Below, one piece after another: positions 1 to 9,408 of a stretch of 64,000 nt of DNA. Source of the stretch: Candidatus Limnocylindrales bacterium (lineage in GTDB: Bacteria; Moduliflexota; Moduliflexia; Moduliflexales; JAUQPW01); the NCBI GenBank assembly GCA_035559535.1, contig DATMBG010000045.1, positions 1-64,000 on the forward strand, in the 5' to 3' direction. Every line of letters starts with the position of its first letter. The stretch's first letter is position 1. A model generated the notes under the pieces. That model saw nothing but the letters and a program-made list of their open reading frames with translations, did not search any database and was not told where the DNA came from. A program made the translations under genes and the position numbers.

Positions 1-432
1 TTAACCGGTTATTTTCTCTGGATTTTAATCCCTATTCCTCCCCTCCTAAGGGATAAATTCTACCTCTTAAATGTCAGATTTTTTTACGATTTGGGTTATT
101 GGAGTCCTTCTCGGAAAGATCATCCTTCCACCTGGAATCCCTCTGGAAAAGATAAAAAGGTTAAGAAAATTAATATCTTTCCGGCTACTGCTGGAATTCG
201 ATGTTCAAGGATTCTCCTTGTGGTATGATTTCTGCAACTGCTTTTACAGGGTAAACGGACGGGTAGACTCAGTAACCGAAGAAGGGTATTTTTGGTGTAT
301 CAGGCTGGTTGTCTGTTCAATAGCTTGAGTTGATTCAGGAATTGCCATTTGCCCGTTCGGGAGCGTGGGCATTTGCCCCCTGACCTTCCCCGCTTTGCAG
401 GGGAAGGAACTTTGAAGTGAAGTTCCCTCTTC

Positions 433-478
433 CCCCCACCCCTTCCCTCCCCATGGACGGGGAGGGAAGGGGTGGGGG
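433..478. repeat. GC-rich palindromic repeat, family A (20-bp perfect stem, ATGGAC loop)
   Basis: cccccaccccttccctcccc-atggac-ggggagggaaggggtggggg; related copies near 4450, 35370, 36650, 41941. Confidence 0.85.
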
Positions 479-1033
479 CGGGGGGATTTCCCTGCGGGTG
501 GTTATGTATTACCTATATCTCTTGGAAAGCTTTGAGAAAAAAGACTTTCGACAAATCTGTTGAGGAGATCTGAAAGAGGGTTAGACAAAGTGAGAAAATA
601 AAATCAAGGAAAGTCAATTCCAGTCTTGCTTTCCCGATTCTCGCTCGTCCATTTTTTACCCTACAGATCAAGCTTTCCCAGACTTAATGGGTAGCGCATA
701 GTCTCCCAGGGAAGGAAGGTAAGGCAGATGCTTATGCTCCAGTAAGGCATTTCCCATTTAACCCCATCTGGTTGATTTGGTTAATTTCGGTTAAGTTTCT
801 TCTATAACGGGTCGTTGGGTTATTGTGAAGGTTACTGGCATGTAAGTGAAAGGGACGGAGTCTAAGCATGGATCAGATCTGGTATAAGCGATGGGCGGGT
901 CGCCCCGACTCTTACCACCTTCCCAATTTTCTTCTGTTTGCTCATTCACCCTTTATAGGCAAATCAGGTAAACAAACAAAATCTCATAAAAGGAATCCCA
1001 TTAACTGCTCAGGGATAACGAAAGGTAAGCCAT

Positions 1034-2908
1034 ATGTCAGAAGTATCAATTATTGGGGCCGGTCCGGCAGGACTAACTGCAGCCTATGAACTTTCGAAAT
1101 TAGGTCTAAAATCCACTGTAATCGAAGCCGACCATCAAGTCGGTGGGCTTTCTCGGACTGTAACCTATCGAGGTTATCGATTTGATATCGGTGGGCATCG
1201 GTTTTTCTCTAAAGTTCCCCTGATCAACGAGTTATGGCAGGAGATATTGGGTGAAGACTTCCTGGTCCGACCGCGGCTTTCACGTATCCACTACAATGGG
1301 CACTTTTTTGATTATCCCCTGAAAGCGTTCAATGCGTTAGCTGGATTGGGACCGGTAGAGGCCTTCCTGGTGGGTTTAAGTTATACAAAAGCCAAACTGT
1401 TTCCTTCAGAAGAAGAAACCACATTCGAACAATGGGTATCCAACCGATTCGGACATCGCCTTTACCGAATTTTCTTTAAAACCTATACTGAAAAAGTCTG
1501 GGGTATTCCCTGTACGGAAATTTCGGCAGATTGGGCCGCACAGCGTATTAAGAACCTGTCCTTGAGCGAAGCGATTCGGAATGCCCTATTTGGCTCTGGT
1601 CGTACGAAGAACGGACAGATTATTACAACCCTCATCGACAACTTTTACTATCCACGGCTCGGACCGGGGATGATGTGGGAGCGTTGTAGGGAGTTACTGG
1701 CGGCACGGGGTCATGAAACAATCCAGGAGACCCGGGTTGAAAAGATACGCCATCGTCATGGGCGTGTAGAATGCATCTACGGAAAAACATTCTCCGGGAA
1801 ATTGCTGGAGTTTGGCGGAGACCATTTCCTGTCCACCATGCCACTTCGGGAGCTTATGCAAGCCCTGGATCCTGCTCCACCGGAGGAGGTTTTACAGGCT
1901 GCAAAGAATCTCCGTTATCGAGATTATCTAACGGTGGTGCTGATTGTCCGGCGAGAATCCGTCTTCCCGGATAATTGGATCTACATCCACACGCCGGGCG
2001 TCAAGATGGGACGAATCCAGAATTACAAAAACTGGAGTCCCGACATGGTTCCCGATCCAACCCGAACCTCTTTAGGTCTTGAGTACTTCCTATGGGACAA
2101 AGACGAGGAATGGAACTGGTCCGATGACCGTCTCATTGAATTGGGAATCCGGGAGTGTGCCCAGATCGGACTCATTGATCCCACCGAGGTAGAAGATGGT
2201 ACGGTGGTTCGAATGAAGAAGGCCTACCCCGTTTATGATCAAAAATACCACGAGAACTTAGCCATCCTCCGTCAGTATTTGGAAACCTTCTCTAACCTTC
2301 AAACCATCGGTCGAAACGGTTTACATCGCTACAACAACCAGGACCACTCCATGTTGACAGGAATCTATGCAGCACGGAACATTGTAGGTGAAAAATATGA
2401 CGTCTGGTCGGTGAATACCGAAATGGAATATCACGAGGAAAGCCGGGTTGAGAAGGCGGAGATCTCGAAGAAAAAGGTTTTCTCAAAAGTGGGGGATACA
2501 ACCCTGGGAGATCGTCAGGTCCCGACTCGAATAGTTCCGGCAACGACAACCCCTCCTATTTCACCCGATGAAATCATTGAAGCAGTATTTGCAAAATTAG
2601 ATCCGCTGGCCTTGGGTACCGCCGTAGGGATAGTTTCTGGGTTGAGTCTTTTCCTGGCAACTATTATACTTTTATTAAAGGGTGGCTCCGTGATCGGACC
2701 GAATCTGTCCTTGCTGCGTCATTACTTCCCTGGATTCCGGGTTACCTGGTCAGGCGCGTTTGTCGGTCTGGTCGAAGCCGGAGTAGGAGGATTTACATTA
2801 GGCTATCTTATAGCCTGGTTGAGAAATTGGGGAATGAGAGCTTACGCTTTTCTGCTTAAGAAACGAGCCGAGGCCGAAGCACAACGCAGGCTTCTGGATG
2901 ATGTATAA
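1034..2908 (+). CDS. FAD-dependent oxidoreductase, UDP-galactopyranose mutase/protoporphyrinogen oxidase-like, with C-terminal membrane domain
   Basis: N-terminal GAGPAG dinucleotide-binding motif, GGHRFF, YTEKVWG, FYYP, AYPVY, GRNGLHRYNNQDHS; hydrophobic last ~110 aa. Confidence 0.85.
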   Translation: MSEVSIIGAGPAGLTAAYELSKLGLKSTVIEADHQVGGLSRTVTYRGYRFDIGGHRFFSKVPLINELWQEILGEDFLVRPRLSRIHYNGHFFDYPLKAFNALAGLGPVEAFLVGLSYTKAKLFPSEEETTFEQWVSNRFGHRLYRIFFKTYTEKVWGIPCTEISADWAAQRIKNLSLSEAIRNALFGSGRTKNGQIITTLIDNFYYPRLGPGMMWERCRELLAARGHETIQETRVEKIRHRHGRVECIYGKTFSGKLLEFGGDHFLSTMPLRELMQALDPAPPEEVLQAAKNLRYRDYLTVVLIVRRESVFPDNWIYIHTPGVKMGRIQNYKNWSPDMVPDPTRTSLGLEYFLWDKDEEWNWSDDRLIELGIRECAQIGLIDPTEVEDGTVVRMKKAYPVYDQKYHENLAILRQYLETFSNLQTIGRNGLHRYNNQDHSMLTGIYAARNIVGEKYDVWSVNTEMEYHEESRVEKAEISKKKVFSKVGDTTLGDRQVPTRIVPATTTPPISPDEIIEAVFAKLDPLALGTAVGIVSGLSLFLATIILLLKGGSVIGPNLSLLRHYFPGFRVTWSGAFVGLVEAGVGGFTLGYLIAWLRNWGMRAYAFLLKKRAEAEAQRRLLDDV

Positions 2909-2923
2909 CAGGGAAAGCTAACC

Positions 2924-3229
2924 ATGACAAAACATGACGAATCTGAAGAGGTAAGCCGGGCCATTGTCAAAATCCAGGCCGGGGTACTGGCCTTTGTCTG
3001 TGCCATGATAGGCGGAATAGGATTATTTGTCATGACGGCCTGGCTACTCATTAAAGGAGGGCCCAGGGTAGGCCAGCATTTACAATTGCTGGGTCAATAT
3101 TTCCCCGGATATTCGGTTACCTGGAAAGGAAGTTTGATAGGATTTTTTTATGGAGCAATCCTGGGTGGAGTGGTAGGCTGGACTATAGGAAAGATCTATA
3201 ATAAAATCGTTGGAATTCGGCAGCGTTGA
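2924..3229 (+). CDS. small 2-TM membrane protein, paralog of the C-terminal domain of the upstream oxidoreductase
   Basis: LLIKGGPRVGQHLQLLGQYFPGYSVTWKG aligns with LLLKGGSVIGPNLSLLRHYFPGFRVTWSG. Confidence 0.85.
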   Translation: MTKHDESEEVSRAIVKIQAGVLAFVCAMIGGIGLFVMTAWLLIKGGPRVGQHLQLLGQYFPGYSVTWKGSLIGFFYGAILGGVVGWTIGKIYNKIVGIRQR

Positions 3230-3300
3230 GTATTCGTTATCTACTACCCCCTTTCCTTTATTTAAGGTCATAGAACAAGGACGGTGACCTGGAACGATCG

Positions 3301-4338
3301 ATGAAGAATAACAAACCTAAAACTTTATCCGTTGTTATACCCGTCTACAATTCGCTGGATAACCTGAAACAATGTCTTGTTGCACTGGCGGAGTCCCAAT
3401 ACCATGATTTTGAGGTGTTGGTGGTAGACGATGGTTCCACAGAGCCCATCGAACCTCTGGTAACCTCCTATGGATTTAGATATTTGCGAATCGATGGACC
3501 GGGAGGACCTGCACGGGCACGAAATTACGGGGTAGCCAATGTCACCGGGCGATACGTTGTTTTCATTGATTCCGATGTATGCGTACACAAAGATACACTA
3601 GCCCGATTTGCTGAAGCCTTCGCTTCAGATCCGACCCTTGATGCCGTAGTAGGCTCCTATGATGAAGCTCCGGCCGATCCAGGTTTTCTTTCCCAATACA
3701 AGAATCTTTTCCATCATTATGTGCATCAAACCTGTAGTGGAGAGATCACTACTTTTTGGAGCGGATGTGGGGCAATACGACGCGATCTATTCATAGCCTT
3801 TGGGGGGTTTGATGAGCAGCGATATCGTCGCCCGGCCATCGAAGATATCGAGCTGGGTACCTGGTTAAGTGCCGCAGGATATCGGATTGTCCTGGATCGT
3901 CGTATTAAGGGGAAACACCTGAAACGCTGGACCTTGTGGAATCTCCTCAAGACCGATATCTTCGACCGGGGGATCCCCTGGACACGTCTAATGTTACGGG
4001 TAGGTACCCTCGCCAATACCCTTAACATTAAACCATCTCAACGCGTGAGTGTCCTGTTAGTTTATCTGGCGATGTGGTTAGCTCTGGCAGGGATATGGTG
4101 GTCGATGGCGTGGGTTGGTGCGGGATTAGCAGCACTGATCGTTACTTTCCTCAATCGTGATTTTTATCGGTACTTCGCAAAGCACTCAGGTATTTGGTTT
4201 ATGATCCGCGTGATTCCCATGCATTGGTTATATTTTATATATTGCGGGTTTTGCGTTGTGGGGGGGACCCTGCTCCACTATCTGGAGCAGATATCCCATT
4301 CTCCCCCTTCATCGGCCCGACCCCTCAAAGCAGGTTAA
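3301..4338 (+). CDS. glycosyltransferase family 2 with C-terminal TM helices
   Basis: SVVIPVYN, VVDDGS, ARNYG, FIDSD, GGFDE, EDIEL. Confidence 0.92.
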   Translation: MKNNKPKTLSVVIPVYNSLDNLKQCLVALAESQYHDFEVLVVDDGSTEPIEPLVTSYGFRYLRIDGPGGPARARNYGVANVTGRYVVFIDSDVCVHKDTLARFAEAFASDPTLDAVVGSYDEAPADPGFLSQYKNLFHHYVHQTCSGEITTFWSGCGAIRRDLFIAFGGFDEQRYRRPAIEDIELGTWLSAAGYRIVLDRRIKGKHLKRWTLWNLLKTDIFDRGIPWTRLMLRVGTLANTLNIKPSQRVSVLLVYLAMWLALAGIWWSMAWVGAGLAALIVTFLNRDFYRYFAKHSGIWFMIRVIPMHWLYFIYCGFCVVGGTLLHYLEQISHSPPSSARPLKAG

Positions 4339-4383
4339 GCAGACCAGACGTTACCCTGGGAAAGGTTATTTCCCATCAGGAAA

Positions 4384-4560
4384 AAGTACTACCTGGTTTA
4401 CTTAGTTTTGCTTAACTTTTAAGTGGCCCTCACTCCTGGCCCCTCGCCCCCTCCCTCACCCTCCCCATGGACAGGGAGGGAAGGGGTGGGGCGGAGAGGG
4501 GGGGGGTTGGGGGTGAAAGCAGCCCTGTGAAGTCAAAATTAAGGTAACAGGGTAGTACTT
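4384..4560. mobile_element. MITE-like composite element with imperfect terminal inverted repeats enclosing a family A hairpin
   Basis: aagtactacc...ggtagtactt ends with extended imperfect IR; 4398-4445 is near reverse complement of 35685-35728. Confidence 0.55.
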
Positions 4561-4584
4561 CTCTACCTCCTATTCCACCGGCTT

Positions 4585-5616
4585 ATGAATCGTTTTACTC
4601 CTCATTTCTGGATAATACTGCGGACGGTCTTGGGGATCGGTTTACTCTACTATGTACTTTCAACAACCGGGATCTGGTCCTCCATCAACCGGTTAATTTC
4701 CATTCTGTGGCTGCTGCCGGGTTTGGTCGTTTTAACCCTGTTCGGGGCAACGGTGGAAGCTAAACGACTGGGATATCTCTTTAGATCCCAGGGAATTTGT
4801 CTCCCATTCGGTAAAGGATACCAACTGGTTACCGTGGGTACTTTTTTTAACTTTTGTATACCGGGGGGGACAGGAGGGGATGTTATGAAATTATATTACT
4901 TGACCCTGGAAAACCCCGGTCGTGGCATTGAAGTTGCCACGATTTTATTCATTGACCGTGCGGTAGCTTTATTTTCTCTCCTGTTCCTGATAGTTGGATT
5001 GGCCCTCTTCAACAGACAATTTGTGAAGGACTATCTACTTATCCAATGGCTTGTGATCGTTGCAGGGATCGGCATGATAGGGATACTGGTTGGAATTATC
5101 CTTTCCTGCTCCCTACGCACCCGGATCGGTAAACTCTCTTACCCCCTCCTGACCCGAATCCGAATACCTTTCTTCTGTTATTTAGAGCGCGCCTTTAAGG
5201 TACTTTCTGCATTTCGGGATTATAAGGGAGTTCTCCTGGGCGCTGCATTTATTTCTCTCTGTGGCCATCTGGCACTTACCGGCATGTTTTTGTTGGTCGG
5301 AAGAGAGTTCTTTCCCCAGGTCTCCGGTCTTACCGTCGGTTTATTAGCCCTGCTCGGCATGCTGGTCAATGCGCTACCCATAACTCCAGGTGGACTGGGA
5401 GTCGGTGAAGCTGCCTTTAACGGATTGTTCGGGTTACTGGGTTATATGGGCGGGGCCCAATTGATGCTGGCCTGGCGTCTCGGCACCATTCCCCTCTGTC
5501 TTATAGGTTGTGGACTCTATATCTGGGGCGTTCAGAGGGAGGGTCATCCCATCCGGCAGGCCCGTCAAATATCCCTGTTTAGATCCTCACCGGAAGAAGT
5601 GAATAGCAAGTCATGA
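4585..5616 (+). CDS. UPF0104 / lysylphosphatidylglycerol-synthase TM-domain protein (putative flippase)
   Basis: FFNFCIPGGTGGDVMK, FIDR, LPITPGGLGVGE; multiple TM helices. Confidence 0.88.
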   Translation: MNRFTPHFWIILRTVLGIGLLYYVLSTTGIWSSINRLISILWLLPGLVVLTLFGATVEAKRLGYLFRSQGICLPFGKGYQLVTVGTFFNFCIPGGTGGDVMKLYYLTLENPGRGIEVATILFIDRAVALFSLLFLIVGLALFNRQFVKDYLLIQWLVIVAGIGMIGILVGIILSCSLRTRIGKLSYPLLTRIRIPFFCYLERAFKVLSAFRDYKGVLLGAAFISLCGHLALTGMFLLVGREFFPQVSGLTVGLLALLGMLVNALPITPGGLGVGEAAFNGLFGLLGYMGGAQLMLAWRLGTIPLCLIGCGLYIWGVQREGHPIRQARQISLFRSSPEEVNSKS

Positions 5617-5683
5617 AGAGTCAGTACCTTATCTCTTCTATTCCTCAGCATCAAGATATCCTCCTGGAAGAGGGTTAAGGGCC

Positions 5684-6817
5684 ATGGACAAATACACCGA
5701 TGACTATGAAAGGGAATTTGCACACCGGCTCGGGGTCTCCTATGCCATTACTTTCGGATATGCACGGCATGCCCTGACGAGTATCCTCATGGTTTCGGGT
5801 TTAAAGCCCCAGGATGAGATTATCCTTTCCCCTTTGACCTGCAGGGTCGTCCCTCTGGCTCTACTTTCGTTAAATCTTAAACCGGTCTATGTAGATATCT
5901 CAGCGGATACGTTAAATCTCGACCCACGGCAGGTTGAATCGGCCATGGGAAAGGCCACTCGAGGAATACTTTTCCAGCATACTTATGGTCATTCAACCGG
6001 AATTGAAGCGGTCAGGGAAATTGCCCTCCAAAACCAAATCCCGGTGTTTGAGGATTGCGCCCAATGCTTACCGTATCGTACAAAGGGTCGGTATCCTGGA
6101 AGTTGGGGACAGGCCGCCATATTTAGCAATAATTTACTCAAACCGCTTCCTGCCGGAAGTGGAGGGGTAGCTGTCACCAACGATCCTGAGCTTGCAAGAA
6201 AAATCCGAGAAATTCAAAGGGATCTACCCCGGCCCGGTAAATTTGCCGATATCCGACTCCGTGCAGAAATTTGGTTTCAAAAATACCTCCTTCGACCGGC
6301 ATGGTACTGGCCACTCTTTAATCTTTATCGAAAAATCAACCCGGGTTATAAAGTACGCCCGGTCCAGGTAGAAATAACCCATGAAATAACCCATAAAGCC
6401 TATCGGGCCAGTCGTTATCAAATGCAGGAGGGACGGCGCTGGTTGTATAAGATTGAATCCAATGCAGCCCATCGCCACCTTTGTTGTACCGAATACAGTC
6501 GGGCTCTCAGGGGTCTTAAACACTTAATCCTCCCCATAGCCGAGACGTCTCAACCTTTATATTACTTTCCGGTCTTGGTCGAAAACAAGGAGGCTCTGCT
6601 CAGACAGGCTCGTAGAAAGCATATCGAACTCATCGCCTGGCCCCTCAGAACCCCGATCTATCCCATCGAGAACGAGCCAGATCTCCTGGCTTACGGCTAT
6701 AGACCTGGTACCTGTCCGGTTGCTGAAGATGTGGCCACTAAATTAATCGGTTTACCTACGCATAGCAGGATTACGGCTGAGGATCGGAACCGAATCATCG
6801 CTTTGCTAAGGAATTAG
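5684..6817 (+). CDS. DegT/DnrJ/EryC1/StrS family PLP-dependent aminotransferase
   Basis: PVYVDI..TLNLDP, QHTYG, EDCAQ, FSNNLLKPLPAGSGG (PLP Lys), CPVAE..LPTH. Confidence 0.85.
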   Translation: MDKYTDDYEREFAHRLGVSYAITFGYARHALTSILMVSGLKPQDEIILSPLTCRVVPLALLSLNLKPVYVDISADTLNLDPRQVESAMGKATRGILFQHTYGHSTGIEAVREIALQNQIPVFEDCAQCLPYRTKGRYPGSWGQAAIFSNNLLKPLPAGSGGVAVTNDPELARKIREIQRDLPRPGKFADIRLRAEIWFQKYLLRPAWYWPLFNLYRKINPGYKVRPVQVEITHEITHKAYRASRYQMQEGRRWLYKIESNAAHRHLCCTEYSRALRGLKHLILPIAETSQPLYYFPVLVENKEALLRQARRKHIELIAWPLRTPIYPIENEPDLLAYGYRPGTCPVAEDVATKLIGLPTHSRITAEDRNRIIALLRN

Positions 6818-6825
6818 AACGATTC

Positions 6826-7941
6826 ATGCTAAACCATCTTCCTGGAAGTCTGAATTCAGAGATACCAGAAGTTACTTCATCCCAAACTCAACCCCTGGCT
6901 TATCCCCTGCGGGAAGCAGATGCCGAACGCTGGACACGTTTTGTTACCGAACATCCCGAAGCTAATCTCTATCATACCCTTCTCTGGCGGGATATCATTG
7001 GGGAAATCTTTGGGCATCAACCTTTCTACTTGCTGTGTGAGTCGGAAGGAAACCTAACGGGTATCCTTCCCCTGTTTCTGGTCAGGTTTCCCTTCTTGGG
7101 GTCCAAGCTCATTTCAATCCCCTATGACATCGGTTCTGGAGGAGCTCTGGTGAGCGATGAGGCATCGGAGCTGGCCCTTGTGGAACAGGCCATAAAGCTG
7201 GCGCGAGAAATGCAGGTTAATTACCTGGAGTTGCGTTATGGATCTTCACGTCCGGCATTGGCCCGGCTCCAGTTGGTACAGAGCGAGCCGGTATTGATCT
7301 CGGAAATGGAACTGGATAATGAGGAACAAGTATTGGCCTGTCTAAAGGAAGACCACCGTAAGGCAATTCGTAAGGCGCAAAATCGAGGAGTCATAGTCCG
7401 GGAAGCCAGGAGTTTAGAGGATTTCCGTACATTCTATCAGATCTATCTACAAGTTTTTCATGATTTTGGGACCCCTCCCTACGGGGCCCATTATTTTCCA
7501 ACGTTATGGAAGCGCTTACACGGATCTGGGTCTGCTCGCCTGCTCCTGGCCTATGTCCATCAGCGTTGTGTGGGCGGCCTCCTCCTTTTCTGCTGGGGTA
7601 AGAATTTGATCAGTAAGTTTGCCGCCTGCCTTCCTGAGGCGGTTCCTTTACGAGCATATGTGGCACTCTACTGGCGGGCGATTCAACTTGGCCTGGAACT
7701 CGGCTATAGAAAATTGAGCTGGGGAACTTCGTCTCGAAACCAGACGGGATTGATTGAGTTTAAAGAACGATGGGGTGCGCGAACCCGCCCGGCCGTAATT
7801 TATCACCTGCCCGTCAGGGGAAAGGCTCCATCCCTGGAAAAATATTATGACTCAGAAGGACTGGCCCGACAACTCTGGAGAAAACTCCCCCTGAAGGTAA
7901 CTCCCTCTATAGGGGGACTTATCAATCGCTGGTTTTGCTAA
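6826..7941 (+). CDS. FemAB-like GNAT family protein
   Basis: GILPLFLV, RKAIRKA, FGTP, LYWRAI, GLIEFKERWGA typical of FemAB-related EPS GNATs. Confidence 0.85.
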   Translation: MLNHLPGSLNSEIPEVTSSQTQPLAYPLREADAERWTRFVTEHPEANLYHTLLWRDIIGEIFGHQPFYLLCESEGNLTGILPLFLVRFPFLGSKLISIPYDIGSGGALVSDEASELALVEQAIKLAREMQVNYLELRYGSSRPALARLQLVQSEPVLISEMELDNEEQVLACLKEDHRKAIRKAQNRGVIVREARSLEDFRTFYQIYLQVFHDFGTPPYGAHYFPTLWKRLHGSGSARLLLAYVHQRCVGGLLLFCWGKNLISKFAACLPEAVPLRAYVALYWRAIQLGLELGYRKLSWGTSSRNQTGLIEFKERWGARTRPAVIYHLPVRGKAPSLEKYYDSEGLARQLWRKLPLKVTPSIGGLINRWFC

Positions 7942-8009
7942 AGAAAGATCCCCGTCCATGAGAAAATGAAAATTGCTTATTTCCTATCATCTAGAAGGAT
8001 GGAGGTTTC

Positions 8010-8426
8010 ATGGCACTTTTATCCATAAACGACATTAAAGTAGGAGACTCGTACTCGGAAGAGGTCCTGTTCGATGAAGAAACGATCGCTCGTTTTATCA
8101 CTTTAACCCAAGATACGGCCAGAATCCACACTAACAAAACTTTCTCCGAACAGAAAGGGTTTGATAACCTGGTTATCCATGGTTTTTTACTGTCCATCCA
8201 GTTTTCCCGTATTTTAGGAATGGAAATTCCAGGCGAAAATACCGTTATCGGTTCCATTGAATTAAACTTTCATGCACCGGTTTATGTAGGAGATACCGTT
8301 AAGTACACCGTAACAGTAAAAAGAATTTTGCACCCCCTGGGAACCATTTTACTGGACTTAAAAATCCAAAAACTCAACGGAACGACCTGTGTAGAAGGTA
8401 AGGCAACGTGCGTTTTTAAGAAATAA
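8010..8426 (+). CDS. MaoC-like (hot-dog fold) dehydratase
   Basis: LTQDTARIH, VIHGFL, PG, FHAPVYVGDTV. Confidence 0.88.
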   Translation: MALLSINDIKVGDSYSEEVLFDEETIARFITLTQDTARIHTNKTFSEQKGFDNLVIHGFLLSIQFSRILGMEIPGENTVIGSIELNFHAPVYVGDTVKYTVTVKRILHPLGTILLDLKIQKLNGTTCVEGKATCVFKK

Positions 8427-8437
8427 AAGAGGTCTTT

Positions 8438-9331
8438 ATGAATTTAAATTCTTTAGAATTATTCAAAAAAATATTTTTTAAAAATGCTTTGATGTTTAAA
8501 AAGACCTTTCTGGAAGTTCAGTCCGAATTCGGTCCTTCCTGGGAATTAGAGTTTGATATCCATCTAGAAAAGCTATTCGGAAATGATGAAGAGGCTTATA
8601 AAAATGCCGTTCGCGGATACACCAAATTCGCCATTGATGCCATGCGGCTACAACAACTCTTCAATAAGAAATTGAAATATGAAGAGGTAACTTACCAGGA
8701 AGCCTATCAAAAAGTCTATATGAATGAAGATTACATGATGCACCTATACCTGCCGGGAATCTTCATTTCGCATTTCTTGTGGCGGCACCATCATCGGCAA
8801 TTCCTTTACTATAAGAAGAATTTTCTACCCTTATTAGATACTCAGGACGATAAAAGATTCTATGAAGTAGGCACCGGAACAGGTTTTTACACCGTTCAAA
8901 TATTTAGATATGATCGAAATTTCCACGGATACGGAATTGATATAAGCCCCTATTCAAGGCAATTTACCATGAACAATATAAAAGGTTGGGGATACGCAAA
9001 CTCTTTTACCCCCATGGATATCAATATCATCGGCGCAGACCTGGAACCCCTACCTTGTATCCAGGTCGTTGAGGTTTTAGAGCATCTCAGCGATCCCCAA
9101 CTTTTCTTGAATCATTTAAGAAAACTCCTAAAGCCAGAGGGTTATGGTTTTATTACGGCAGCCTTGACCGCACCCAATGCAGATCACATATATCTGTATT
9201 GGACTCCCGACGACGTCATAAAACAACTTGTTTCGGCGGGCTTTAAGGTCCTGGATTACATCGAAGAACGGGCCTATGAGGGCCAACCCGGAGAGATCGT
9301 TCCTAAAGTAGCCGCTTTTATTGTTTCCTGA
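8438..9331 (+). CDS. class I SAM-dependent methyltransferase
   Basis: EVGTGTG motif I, GIDIS, EVLEHLSDP, LKPEG. Confidence 0.85.
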   Translation: MNLNSLELFKKIFFKNALMFKKTFLEVQSEFGPSWELEFDIHLEKLFGNDEEAYKNAVRGYTKFAIDAMRLQQLFNKKLKYEEVTYQEAYQKVYMNEDYMMHLYLPGIFISHFLWRHHHRQFLYYKKNFLPLLDTQDDKRFYEVGTGTGFYTVQIFRYDRNFHGYGIDISPYSRQFTMNNIKGWGYANSFTPMDINIIGADLEPLPCIQVVEVLEHLSDPQLFLNHLRKLLKPEGYGFITAALTAPNADHIYLYWTPDDVIKQLVSAGFKVLDYIEERAYEGQPGEIVPKVAAFIVS

Positions 9332-9408
9332 TCCTTAATAAAAGGAAAATGTTTTCTTGACTTGAAAAGTAAAAATTCATTAAAAACTTAACTCAAAGGA
9401 TCCTGTCT

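Noticed and set aside
836-855. Sigma-54 promoter (TGGCA)
   Set aside because: No TTGC at the -12 spacing
71-1089. ORFs 71..328 and 868..1089
   Set aside because: No recognisable motifs or convincing RBS; the second overlaps the real gene at 1034
1034-2908. Call as hemY/protoporphyrinogen oxidase
   Set aside because: No heme-pathway context; motifs and neighbours fit a nucleotide-sugar flavoenzyme better
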